Of a stretch of 64,000 nt of DNA, positions 20,476 to 31,500 are shown piece by piece; the first letter of the stretch is position 1; each line of letters opens with the position of its first letter. The stretch is taken from contig CAXXDV010000001.1 in NCBI GenBank assembly GCA_963674745.2, positions 1,696,001 through 1,760,000 on the forward strand, given 5' to 3'. This stretch comes from Desulfosudaceae bacterium (GTDB lineage Bacteria; Desulfobacterota; Desulfobacteria; Desulfobacterales; Desulfosudaceae). The translations under genes were made by a program, and so were the position numbers. A model generated the notes under the pieces. It searched no databases. It saw only the letters and a list, made by a program, of their open reading frames with translations, and had not been told where the DNA came from.

Positions 20476-22839
20476 ATGAAACCACTCTCTTCTGCGCTTA
20501 ATATGGTCTGGAACATCGCCGTGCACGAGGCGGCGGCGGTCAGGTCCCAATACATCGAAAAAGAACATGTCTTTATCGGGGCTTTCAGCCTGGACAAGGT
20601 CGTTGTTCTGCCGCCTGACCAGCTCCGGATCAACCCTGCGGACATGGCTGATATCAAAACCGAACATGACCGGCTGGCTGCCGTGCTGAAAGGACTAAAG
20701 GCGGTCATGCCCGTTGTCCGTCACGCGGTGCGGTCCGCGCTGGCTCCCGGTAACTACAGCCATACCCCGGGCGGTGTCATCCACAGAAGCCCGGCCTGCA
20801 AGGAAATGTTCAAATCCGCGGCGACCATGTCCACTTCGGCCAGGATCACCGTGACAGATATTTTGGCCGCCATTCTCGAAGCCCCGGGCGACACCATCAG
20901 CGCCGCGCTCGAGAAAACGGGCCTGACCCCGGCGGCCCTCAAGCAGTCCCTCTACCCGGCCAATGTAAACGCCGCTGCGCCGCCCTTCGTTCCCGGTAAA
21001 AAAGAACCGAAGCCGGCCACGCCCACCCTGGACACTTACGGCCGGGACCTGACCCATGAAGCCGCCCAGGGCAACCTGGGGCCGTTTGTGGGCCGCCGGG
21101 ATGAGCTGCTGCAGATCATCCAGACCCTGGCCCGGTCCAAGAAGAACAATCCCGTTATCGTCGGGGAGGCCGGGGTCGGCAAGACGGCGGTGGTGGAAGC
21201 CCTGGCCGTCAGAGGGGTTGCCGGCAAGGACGCGCATGTGCTGGGCGGCAAGCGGATCATCGAACTGAACCTGGGCGCGCTTCAGGGCGGCACAAAATAC
21301 CGCGGCGACTTTGAAGAACGGCTGGACAATATCATGAAAGAGGTCCGGGAAAACAAAAACATCATCGTCTTTATTGATGAAATTCATAACCTCATGGGCG
21401 CGGGCAGTTCCGGCAATAATATGGACGCGGCCAATATCTTAAAGCCCGCCCTGGCCCGTGGCGATTTCAATTGTATCGGCGCCACCACCATCGATGAATA
21501 CAGGAAACATATTGAAAAAGACCCTGCTCTGGCCAGACGGTTTGAAATGATCATGATCAGCGAGCCGGAGCGGGACGAGGCCGTCCAGATACTTAAAGGC
21601 ATCCGACCCCGGTGGGAAAAGCACTACCAGGTCAGCATAACCGATGCCGCCATCGAGGCGGCCGTGGACCTTTCCCTGCGTTTTGTTTCCGACCGCCGCC
21701 TGCCGGACAAGGCCATCGACCTGGTCGACCGGGCCGGCGCCCGGGCCAGGGTGCCCATGCTGAGCATGGTGGCCGGGGCGCCGGTTCCGGATGCCGAACC
21801 CGCTTCCGGCGGCACGATTACCGAACAGGCCATCGCCCGGGTGCTTTCCGAAAAAACCGGCATCCCCTTTGAGATTATCGCCGGCCATGGCGGGGATAAT
21901 GCCGGGGCCCGGATCCTGGAACTGGAACCTTACTTAAAACAGCATATAATCGATCAGGACCGGGCCGTTGATGTGATTACCCGGCGTTTGAAGATCGCCT
22001 TTTCCGGCCTTTCCGGCGGCAGCGGCCCCTTGGGCGTGTTCATGTTTCTGGGCCCCACCGGCGTGGGCAAAACCGAAATGGCCAAAGCCCTGGCTGCTTT
22101 TTTGTTCGGCGGCCCGGACATGATGATCCGGCTGGACATGTCCGAATTCATGGAAGAGCATTCCGTGTCAAAATTGATCGGTTCGCCGCCCGGCTATGTC
22201 GGCCATGAAGATGAAGGCCAGCTGACCGGCAAACTGCGGACGACCCCGTATGCCGTTGTTCTGCTGGACGAGGTGGAAAAGGCCCATTCCCGGGTGTTTG
22301 ACATTTTCCTCCAGGTGTTTGATGACGGCCGCCTGACCGATGCCAACGGCCGGACAGTCAAGGCCGATAATGCCATTTTCATCATGACCTCCAACCTGGG
22401 CACCAAGGCCGACAATGAAAGAAACCTGGGGTTCGTGGGCAACAATGATCGGGATGAATCCAACGGCCGGCCGGACATCAGCGCCCTGACCGGGTTTTTT
22501 CGCAAGGAGTTTCTCAACCGGATCGATGAAATTATTGTCTTCGACCACCTTTCCTACGCGGGCGTCAAAAAGATCGCCGTCCTGATGTGCGAAGACCTGC
22601 TGTCGACCTTAAAAGAAAAATACGGTGTCATCCTGGACCTGGCCGACAGCGCCCCGGATCTGCTGGTGTCAAAAGGGTTCAGCACCGAATTCGGGGCCCG
22701 GGAATTAAAACGGACCATCGACCGGCTGCTCCAGGTGCCGTTGAGCACCCTGGTGCTGGAAGGGAAATTCATGACCTGCAAACAGTGGCAGGTCACGGCC
22801 GAAAACGGTGAACTGGTTATCATGCCCGCGGTTGAATAA
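20476..22839 (+). CDS. ClpA/ClpC-type AAA+ ATPase
   Basis: Clp-N region; two Walker A motifs ([16 protein letters not shown]); [10 protein letters not shown]. Confidence 0.9.
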   Translation: MKPLSSALNMVWNIAVHEAAAVRSQYIEKEHVFIGAFSLDKVVVLPPDQLRINPADMADIKTEHDRLAAVLKGLKAVMPVVRHAVRSALAPGNYSHTPGGVIHRSPACKEMFKSAATMSTSARITVTDILAAILEAPGDTISAALEKTGLTPAALKQSLYPANVNAAAPPFVPGKKEPKPATPTLDTYGRDLTHEAAQGNLGPFVGRRDELLQIIQTLARSKKNNPVIVGEAGVGKTAVVEALAVRGVAGKDAHVLGGKRIIELNLGALQGGTKYRGDFEERLDNIMKEVRENKNIIVFIDEIHNLMGAGSSGNNMDAANILKPALARGDFNCIGATTIDEYRKHIEKDPALARRFEMIMISEPERDEAVQILKGIRPRWEKHYQVSITDAAIEAAVDLSLRFVSDRRLPDKAIDLVDRAGARARVPMLSMVAGAPVPDAEPASGGTITEQAIARVLSEKTGIPFEIIAGHGGDNAGARILELEPYLKQHIIDQDRAVDVITRRLKIAFSGLSGGSGPLGVFMFLGPTGVGKTEMAKALAAFLFGGPDMMIRLDMSEFMEEHSVSKLIGSPPGYVGHEDEGQLTGKLRTTPYAVVLLDEVEKAHSRVFDIFLQVFDDGRLTDANGRTVKADNAIFIMTSNLGTKADNERNLGFVGNNDRDESNGRPDISALTGFFRKEFLNRIDEIIVFDHLSYAGVKKIAVLMCEDLLSTLKEKYGVILDLADSAPDLLVSKGFSTEFGARELKRTIDRLLQVPLSTLVLEGKFMTCKQWQVTAENGELVIMPAVE

Positions 22840-22865
22840 TATTATTGGGTGCCACGGGCAAATGA

Positions 22866-22917
22866 AGGGGCGACCGGCGGTCGCCCATGTGCAAGGGCGA
22901 CCAGCCGGTCGCCCCTT
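22866..22917. repeat. REP-like inverted palindrome pair
   Basis: AGGGGCGACCGGCGGTCGCCC...GGGCGACCAGCCGGTCGCCCCT. Confidence 0.55.
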
Positions 22918-22997
22918 CAGGGCGTGGTGGGATGACAGATTATGTAAGGCTGTGAAGCCCTCCGCTACAAAAACAAAAACGCTGTGTTCAAAAACAA

Positions 22998-24332
22998 ATG
23001 AAAAGTGTTCTGGTTGACGATATCTTTCACCTGCTGCAGACCGCGGGTGATTTTCAGATCGGCCTGGTCGTGCGCCCGGCCGCCCCCCTGGACGCGGACA
23101 GGCTGGGCCGGGCCCTGTCGCAGATAATGGCCGCCCTGCCGGTGCTGGGATGCGCTTACGTACCCGGCTGGCGGCGGGGGCACTGGGAAGAAATCGACCA
23201 TGCCGACAGGCAGGCCTTGACGGTTGCGCCTGCCGGCACCATAGACGACCAGATCAATGCTTTTTTCACCTGCCCCGTTGATCCTTATGCCGGTCCCCAG
23301 GTAAAAGCCCTGCTGCTTGAAGGCCGGCAAAATGTCCTGTGCCTGAACATATCGCATTTTGTGGCGGACGCGGCCGGGGTCAGGGAACTGGCCTACATGC
23401 TCTGCCGGGCATACAGCACGCCGGATTTGCAAAAATCGGGTAAACACGACCGCGGCCTGGACGTTCTGTTCAAACATTTTTCATGCCGGCGGAAACTGGG
23501 CGTCCTGGGCAGGACGATCCGGGACGTGGCCTCCCAGCCCGGGTTTCCGCCGTCAGCCACCCTGCCGGGTGTTCGCACAAAACAGTTTGACCGTCAATAT
23601 GTGATCCAACACATGGCGCCGGATGTTGTCCGTCATTTAAAAGACCTGGCCGCCGCATACCGGGCCACGCCCAATGACGTGCTCATGGCCGCTTTTCTGC
23701 GGGCCATGATGCCCCTGGTGCCGTCCGGGACCAGAACGGCCTGGCGGCTGGTGGTGACCGCGGACCTGCGGCGGCACCTGCCACCCGAAAAACAATCCGG
23801 TCAGATCCGCAACCTGTCCGGCTGGGTTTTTACGGCTTTCGGTCGGAAATTGGGGCAGAATCTGGAAGAAACCTGCGGCCGGGTGTCGGCGCAAATGAAC
23901 CGCCTCAAGGACGGCTGCCTGGGCCTGGGCATGATTCCCCTGACATGGCTGGCTGTCCGAAGTCTGCCGCTGGCCGTTGCCAGGGCGGCCGTCAAAAAGC
24001 TGTCACCGGCAGTATTAAGGCATTTGGCCCCGGCCCCGTCACTCACCAACATGGGCCGGATCGACCATCAGTCCCTGGTGTTTGACGGCCAGCCCGTTGA
24101 ACATGCCTATCTGCTGGCCCCCATCGTCTTTGCCCCCATCCTGGGCGTGGGCGTCAGCGCCTTTGAAGAAACCATGACCATCAGCGCCGGTTTTAACGTG
24201 CCGGGGTTTGATCCGGCCGACATTACCGCCCTTCTGGACGGCATGGCCACCGAAATCCAGGCGGCCCTCCCCTCGTCATCCCGGGCAGTGGATCCAGGCG
24301 GAATCCTGGATCGATTCCAGGACAGGCTCTGA
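22998..24332 (+). CDS. Condensation-domain / CoA-dependent acyltransferase
   Basis: SHFVADAAG (HxxxD), TPNDVLMAAF, ADLRRHL, LTNMG. Confidence 0.75.
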   Translation: MKSVLVDDIFHLLQTAGDFQIGLVVRPAAPLDADRLGRALSQIMAALPVLGCAYVPGWRRGHWEEIDHADRQALTVAPAGTIDDQINAFFTCPVDPYAGPQVKALLLEGRQNVLCLNISHFVADAAGVRELAYMLCRAYSTPDLQKSGKHDRGLDVLFKHFSCRRKLGVLGRTIRDVASQPGFPPSATLPGVRTKQFDRQYVIQHMAPDVVRHLKDLAAAYRATPNDVLMAAFLRAMMPLVPSGTRTAWRLVVTADLRRHLPPEKQSGQIRNLSGWVFTAFGRKLGQNLEETCGRVSAQMNRLKDGCLGLGMIPLTWLAVRSLPLAVARAAVKKLSPAVLRHLAPAPSLTNMGRIDHQSLVFDGQPVEHAYLLAPIVFAPILGVGVSAFEETMTISAGFNVPGFDPADITALLDGMATEIQAALPSSSRAVDPGGILDRFQDRL

Positions 24333-24560
24333 CCCGGGGTTAAGTATAAAATTGATTTTATACATTAACATTGACACACAAGCCCGGCCTTGTTAGAGAT
24401 GATGAGTATAAAAGCAGGTTCTTTTCCTTTTCTTTTTAGGCGCCAAACCGCCGCTATGCGGTTAATCAACAGATCTTTTGAGTTTTTAACAAACCATCTG
24501 TCAAGGAGGATGAGCTCGTGAACAGTGTCCGCACTGTTAAGAGGCCATCAAGGAGGATTT

Positions 24561-25871
24561 ATGAAAAAATTATTGTTAGTGCTTCCCCAGCACCAAAAAG
24601 GGTACTGGGGGCATATTTCCAAATCCGGCAAAGCCGGTATGGCCCGGCTCAGCCTGCCGGTCGTCGCTTCTCTGACACCTCCCGGCTGGGACGTCCGTAT
24701 TCATGACGCCCGTATCCACCCCGTCGATTTCAAAGAAAAGGCAGATCTGGTCGGCATTACCGCCTTTACCGCCGAAGCGCCCAGCGCTTATGGCATCGCC
24801 GACGGATTCCGGGAGCAGGGCCTTCCGGTGGTGATGGGCGGGTTTCACGCCTCGGCCATGCCCGATGAAGCGTTACGGCATGTCGACAGCGTGGTGGTCG
24901 GAGAGGCCGAAACCGTCTGGGCACAACTGCTGGAAGATCTGGAGAACCAGAATCTGCAGCCCATTTACAAAGCTGAGCAGTTGATGGATATGCGGGACAT
25001 GGCTGTTCCCCATCGTCATCTTCTGAACCGGAATACTTACTCCACGGGATTCAATACAATCCAGGCGACCCGCGGCTGCCCTTACAATTGTGAGTACTGC
25101 GCGGTCAGCGCTTTTTTCGGTAAAAAATACCGGATCCGTCCGGTCGACCAGGTCATTGATGAAATTCGACAGTTTGATACCCGGGATTTTTTCTTTGTGG
25201 ATGACAATATTACCGGTCGGAAAGCATACGCCAAAGAGCTTTTCCGGGCCTTGATGCCGTTAAACCTTGCCTGGGGCGGGCAGACGGACATCAATATCGC
25301 CGATGACGAGGAACTTCTGGGATTGTACGCAAAAAGCGGGGGGCAATACGCGTTTATCGGATTTGAGTCCCTGTCTGAAGCGAATCTGGAACGGATGAAC
25401 AAATCATGGAACTCTCCGGATCGATATCGCAAGGCAATCAAACGTATCCGCAAGGCCGGGGTGAGTATCCTGGGGAGCTTTATTTTCGGGCTGGACGATG
25501 ATGATCCGGGCGTGTTTGAGCGGACAGTCGATTTTATCAAGACCAGCGGCATGGACGCCGCCCAGTTTCATATTCTGACACCGCTGCCGGGCACCCGTTT
25601 GTATCGGGACATGGACACTGCCGGCCGCATCGTCGACCGGGACTGGAGCAATTATCATACCGGCCAGGTGGTCTTCGAACCCAAAGGGATGACGGCGGAG
25701 GAGCTTCAGAATGGCTACTGGTGGGCTTTTCGCCAGGTTTACGGGAAGACCCGTACCCTTAAGCGGTCCTTAAGCGGCATCAGGGGGTTGAAATACCGGG
25801 TGGCCCTGAACCTGGGTTATCGTAAAAAAACGCTGTCCATGCCGGCCGGGGCATTGAATCCGGCGGCCTGA
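24561..25871 (+). CDS. B12-binding radical SAM protein
   Basis: VVMGGFHAS, RGCPYNCEYC; AGGAGG RBS before MKKLL. Confidence 0.9.
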   Translation: MKKLLLVLPQHQKGYWGHISKSGKAGMARLSLPVVASLTPPGWDVRIHDARIHPVDFKEKADLVGITAFTAEAPSAYGIADGFREQGLPVVMGGFHASAMPDEALRHVDSVVVGEAETVWAQLLEDLENQNLQPIYKAEQLMDMRDMAVPHRHLLNRNTYSTGFNTIQATRGCPYNCEYCAVSAFFGKKYRIRPVDQVIDEIRQFDTRDFFFVDDNITGRKAYAKELFRALMPLNLAWGGQTDINIADDEELLGLYAKSGGQYAFIGFESLSEANLERMNKSWNSPDRYRKAIKRIRKAGVSILGSFIFGLDDDDPGVFERTVDFIKTSGMDAAQFHILTPLPGTRLYRDMDTAGRIVDRDWSNYHTGQVVFEPKGMTAEELQNGYWWAFRQVYGKTRTLKRSLSGIRGLKYRVALNLGYRKKTLSMPAGALNPAA

Positions 25872-26058
25872 AACGCCTTGACCCCTTGAATCCTTGCACC
25901 CTGTGGCCCGACTGAATTGAAGCAGAGCCCGAATCTTTTCAGGCCTTATGCGATAAGTGAAAAACCTTGCATTTCAAATTTGTACAGTGGTATAATTCTC
26001 ATTATTTCCGGAAAGTCTCGCGAAAAGCTCATAACGTCCACAAAAAACGGGGGCCGTC

Positions 26059-27747
26059 ATGTCAGCACAAGCCATCAGAAAAATTCATTTCGTGGAGTTC
26101 AATGCCAAGATCAACACCCTGATGCACGCGCCGGTTTTTCCCAAATACGGCACGCCCCTGCTGGCCACCATCATGAAGGAGAAAGGCTATGACGTAAAAA
26201 TGTACCTGGACGGTGTCAGCCGCATGAACTTTGAAGAACTGGTCGACTGCGACTGCCTGTGCCTGCCCCTGGTTATCCCGGCTTACAACAAGGTCAAGGC
26301 CTTTGTACGCCGGGTCAAACAGGAACGGCCCGATCTGCCGGTAATCATCGGCGGCCCCACCGCCATCATGTATCCCGAACGGGTGGTGAATCTGTGTGAT
26401 TATACCGTGCGCTGCGAGGGGGACGAAGTCCTGCCCGAACTGATCGACACCCTTGGCACCGGCGGTGATGTCAGTCAGGTCAGGGGCATTTCTTTTAAAC
26501 AGAACGGCGAGGTGATCAAAACGCCCGACCGGCTGCCCCCGCAGATTCCCAAAACCATACCCGACTATTCCCTGATCCAGGGTATCCGGCGCCTGACCTA
26601 TGGCCCGGGCCGGCTGAACAACCTGGTCAACACCCTGCAGACCTCCCGGGGATGCACTTTCCGGTGCGCCTTCTGCCCCACGCCCCACCTGTTCGGCTAC
26701 ACCTTCCGCAACCGGGACATCGACAGCATCATCGCCGATATCAAGCACAAACAGCAATACAATGACTGGTTCCTGGTGGTGGACAACAGTTTCTTCGGCA
26801 ACCGCCAGAAGGCCCGGGAACTGCTCCACCGGTTGATCGAAGAAGACCTGGGCGCGGAACTGACGGTTTTCGAGCGCCACGAAATCGGGTTTGACAATGA
26901 AATGCTCGACCTCATGAAACGGGCCGGCGTCCGCTGCCTGATCGTGGGCGTGGAGTCCCTGGTCGACGAAAATTTAAAAGCATTCAACAAAAAGCAGACC
27001 ACCCTCAAGGCCATGCAGTCGATTAATAACATTAAAAAACACGGCATTCATGTCATCGGCACCTTTGCCTTCGGATTTGTCGGCGACACAAAGGAAAAAG
27101 CCGGGGAACTGGCCGCGTTCATCAAAAAAACCGGCCTGAGCCTGAACGTGTTTATCCTGCACGATGTGCACATGGAAGAAAGCGATGAACTGATCATCCC
27201 CTTGAACCGGCGCTTTATGACCTACTACCAGCAGACCGATCCGGACAATACCGATTACCTGGATTACGCCACCGGCAGTTTTCTGACCTATTTTCCCGAG
27301 CAGATGAAACCCAGCACCCTTCAAAAATGCATCGTGGATATCTATAAACAGACTTACACCCATCGCTATATCTTAAGCTTTCTGTTTCGCAAAAACGTGT
27401 TTGAATCCCTGATGGGGATTGTCCACGGCTACGGCATCCGCCGCATGAATAAAAGCATCGAACGGATCTGCAATGATTATTATTATGACTACCTCAAACA
27501 GGTCGAAGAGGGCCTGTACGATGAAAACGAGCAACTGCAGGCGGACAAACTCCAGGCCTTAAAAACCATTCCCATGCCGAAACCCGTGGAAGAAAAGGTG
27601 GACATGTTCTCCTACCAGCCCCTGATCATGCTGGTCATCGGCCCGGCGTTTTTCCGCTACCTCCTCCAGAAACTCCGCCGCCGGTTCCGCCGCAAGGCCG
27701 CGCCCCCAAAGCTGAGCCCGGTGGCCGGACCAGAAACACACGTATAG
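26059..27747 (+). CDS. B12-binding radical SAM protein
   Basis: IIGGPTA, RGCTFRCAFC. Confidence 0.85.
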   Translation: MSAQAIRKIHFVEFNAKINTLMHAPVFPKYGTPLLATIMKEKGYDVKMYLDGVSRMNFEELVDCDCLCLPLVIPAYNKVKAFVRRVKQERPDLPVIIGGPTAIMYPERVVNLCDYTVRCEGDEVLPELIDTLGTGGDVSQVRGISFKQNGEVIKTPDRLPPQIPKTIPDYSLIQGIRRLTYGPGRLNNLVNTLQTSRGCTFRCAFCPTPHLFGYTFRNRDIDSIIADIKHKQQYNDWFLVVDNSFFGNRQKARELLHRLIEEDLGAELTVFERHEIGFDNEMLDLMKRAGVRCLIVGVESLVDENLKAFNKKQTTLKAMQSINNIKKHGIHVIGTFAFGFVGDTKEKAGELAAFIKKTGLSLNVFILHDVHMEESDELIIPLNRRFMTYYQQTDPDNTDYLDYATGSFLTYFPEQMKPSTLQKCIVDIYKQTYTHRYILSFLFRKNVFESLMGIVHGYGIRRMNKSIERICNDYYYDYLKQVEEGLYDENEQLQADKLQALKTIPMPKPVEEKVDMFSYQPLIMLVIGPAFFRYLLQKLRRRFRRKAAPPKLSPVAGPETHV

Positions 27748-27756
27748 GTACCTGCC

Positions 27757-28416
27757 ATGTGCGGCCGCTTTGCCATGCCCATACCCGTATCGAAAATCGC
27801 CGCCGCCTTTTACGTGGACCATAACTACTGCCGGGCGAAACCCGGCTATAACATCGCCCCCGGCCAGAACATCGCCGCCGTCATCCAGGATGCCAGCCGC
27901 AAACTGGTCAGCTTTAAATGGGGCCTGGTGCCGTCCTGGGCCAAAGACCCGGCCATGGGCTATAAAATGATCAACGCCCGGGCCGAAACCGTCCACGAAA
28001 AACCCAGTTTCAAAAAGCCCTTTCAACAACACCGCTGCCTCATCATCGCCGCCGGATTCTACGAGTGGCAGAAAACCAACAACGACAAACGCCCCTTTTA
28101 CATCAAACCCAAAACAACAGAGCTGTTCTGCTTTGCCGGCCTCTACGACATCTGGCACGCCCCGGACAACACCCGCCTGGACACCTGCACCATCATCACC
28201 ACCACCGCCAACGCCGCCCTCCAACCCATCCACCACCGCATGCCCGTCATCATTCCCGAAGACCACCACGCTCTCTGGCTGGACACCACTGTCCCGGCAG
28301 CCCGCCTCCTGCCCCTGCTCAAACCATTCCCGGACAACGACCTGGAAATCTACCAGGTCTCAAACAAGGTCAATTCGCCCAGGAATGATTCTCCGGAGTG
28401 TATTGAGCGGGTTTGA
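27757..28416 (+). CDS. SRAP (YedK/HMCES) abasic-site protection protein
   Basis: MCGRF N-terminus, INARAET, GFYEW, IHHRMPVI. Confidence 0.92.
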   Translation: MCGRFAMPIPVSKIAAAFYVDHNYCRAKPGYNIAPGQNIAAVIQDASRKLVSFKWGLVPSWAKDPAMGYKMINARAETVHEKPSFKKPFQQHRCLIIAAGFYEWQKTNNDKRPFYIKPKTTELFCFAGLYDIWHAPDNTRLDTCTIITTTANAALQPIHHRMPVIIPEDHHALWLDTTVPAARLLPLLKPFPDNDLEIYQVSNKVNSPRNDSPECIERV

Positions 28417-28521
28417 TATAAAATTCTTCGCTTGACATTCGGATTATGGTTGATTATTTAAATTTTTAGTTTCAGGAGGAAAACGAATTCCACAGGAAAA
28501 AGACCCACGGAGGGGGGAATC

Positions 28522-31500
28522 ATGTTTACACGTTTAATATCTGCCTTATTCGCAATCTTTCTTATCGTTTGTCCGCTTTTTGCTCATGCAGCAGAAAACA
28601 CCTTGCTTGATAAAACCATTTCCATCGGCTGGTGGCACAATGCCACTGCCTATTATAAGTTTTCAGCAAATGGCCTGTCAGAAGCTGCCCTGACAATTAC
28701 CAACATCACGCCGGAACAATACTACCGGGGTTGGATGGCTATAAACGGTAAATGGTATCAGCTGGATAATGAAGCGTCATTTTCCTGCGACATTACGCTT
28801 AAAGAGAGCAATAGAATATTTGTCGCGTTTTTTGGCGCTCCGGATACACGGCTTAACTTGAAAGTCGCACCGCCAGGCCCGCCTGCACCCGAAGTGATCG
28901 CTTTTACAGCGTTGCCTGAGACAATTGCTCAAGGTGAAGTGTCCACTTTAAGCTGGGAAACCGAAAATGCGGAATTGGTAACCATTGAACCGGATATCGG
29001 TCCTGTTGACGTCAATGGAATACATCAAGTCGTGCCCGGGGATACCACCACCTATACAATTGTTGCCACCGGTCCCGGTGGTACAGCCACTGGACGTGCT
29101 ACTGTCAACGTAATATGGCCTGCCCCTGAGGTCAGTATTACTGCGGAGCCGGATTCGATTTCTTATGGAAACAGCGCCACACTTTCCTGGGCCTCAACAA
29201 ATGCCGAAACATTGATTATTGACAATGGCGTAGGTGATGTGACCACTTCCGGGAGCCTGGAAGTCTCTCCTGAACAGCCTACCACCTTTACTATTACCGC
29301 AAACGGTCCGGGCGGAACCGCAACCGCTGATGCTTCTGTATCAGTGACTTATGTTACACCGGAAGTCTCCTTTAGCGCGACCCCGGCCGCCATCAGGGCC
29401 GGTGGACGGATTCTTCTGGAATGGACAACCACGGGTGCGACAACCTGTAGCATTGAACCGGATATCGGCAATGTGGCTTTAAACGGGGCAAAGTGGGTTT
29501 ATCCCACCCAAAGTACCACTTACACAATTACTGCCGGCACGCCTGATCCAAATGCTGTGGCAACAGCCGCTGTGTCTGTAATTGTCAACCAGCCGCCCCG
29601 TGTCAACCTGAGCATTTCTGATGAGGTCATCAATTATGGCGATACCGTTACATTAACCTGGAGCGCAGCCCCCGCACAAAAAGTGATTTTTAATCATGGC
29701 ATCGGCCAGGTGGCCCCCAGCGGCAGTATGCTTCTGACACCTGAGTATACGACCACCCATACCATGACGGCGGTTAACACAACCGATGATGACATCACTT
29801 CCGTAAATCATACCATATCGGTCAAAGTGCTTGGCAACCCACCCGACTCTCAGCCCGAAGGAACCTTCGGCGCCCAATATAATGATCTGATACCTGAAGA
29901 CGCCAGTCTTGAATACTATGACCCGGAACGTTTTGTGGTTGTTACCGGCCTCGTAAACGACATTAATGGAAATCCTCTCCCGGACGTCACCGCTTCGATT
30001 ATTGATCACCCGGAATATGGCACGGCTAAAACCGACGAAACCGGCCGGTATGCCATCCCGGCCGAAGGCGGTTGCCTTGTAAAATTGTGTTTGGATAAAA
30101 CAGGTTATTTGAAGTCGCACAGAAAAAAAGAAGCAAGCGTCCTGGATGTGATCGTTATGGATACCGTTACACTTTTATCCCGCGATCCGGCTGCAACGGT
30201 TATAAACTTTGACGGTAATCCGGAGACCGTCATGACACATCAAAGCACTGAAGTCAGCGACGAATTCGGAACCAGAAAATGCACCATGGTTTTTACCGGC
30301 GACAATCAGGCATATTCCCTTGACGAGTATGGTAATGTTCTGACCCAGCTTTCGTCTATTACCACCAGGGCTACCGAATATGAGATACCCGCGTCAATGC
30401 CGGCCATCCTGCCACCGACCTCCGCATATACGTATTGTGTTGAGCTGGAGGCAAATGGCTTTGAGCGAATTAAATTTGACAAGCCGGCCATCTGTTTTGT
30501 GGATAACTTTTTGAACTTTGATGTGGGGACCATTGTACCGGTTGGGTATTATGATTTTTACAGAACGACGTGGGTCGCGTCTGAAAACGGTCAGACTGTG
30601 ATGTTGCTCGATACGGACAGCGACGGCAATATTGATGCGCTTGACGCAGACGGTGACAATTTGCCGGATGATATTGATAATGACGGTTTAACAGCAGATG
30701 AAGTCGCGGGGCTGGACACAGACACCTGTCTGCCGGGTGCGACTTACTGGCGATTCAGCATAGATCATTTCAGTACAGTGGATTGTAATTTTCCTTATGG
30801 CCCTCCGGAGGATGCAACTATTCCGGGTGAACTCTTATTGCTCCAGATAGACAATTTAGAAGAGCTTCCGAAAGCCTGCCCCACACCGAGTGGCTCTTAT
30901 GTAAACGATAGAAGCCGGATCATGCAGGAAGATATTCCCATTCAAGGTACCGGCATGACCCTTCACTATGCTTCTAACAGGGTAATTGATTACAAGACAG
31001 TGATTGATGTCCCGGCCAGCGGAGATTCAGTGCCGGCTTCATTAAAAGAGATTATCGTAAAGTGTGAAATTGCCGGACATGTATGGAAAAAAACATTAGC
31101 AGCCTGGCCGGACCAGAAGGCAACGTTTATTTGGAATGGTCTGGACTTCCTGGGAAGACCCGTAAAAACGGCTGTCGAAGCACATTTCAGAATTGGATAC
31201 GTGTATGATGGTGTGTATTATGAGACAGAGGAGAATAAAGCCTTTGCCTTTGCCCAGGCAGGCGACCTGCCTACTTTTATTGAAACAAGAGAAGAGCTTG
31301 TCTATTGGACAGAGAGAAAAATAAGAATTTATCGTCAGCAGGCGATAAGCACGGATGAACTGGCATCCGGCTGGACAATTTCATCCCATCATCACCAGAA
31401 CCTGTCAGATCTTTCAACTCTTCATAAGGGAGACGGAAGTAAAATCAAAAACAATATTGATATGATAACTACTGTAGCGGGGAAAGGTGGGCCTACATAT

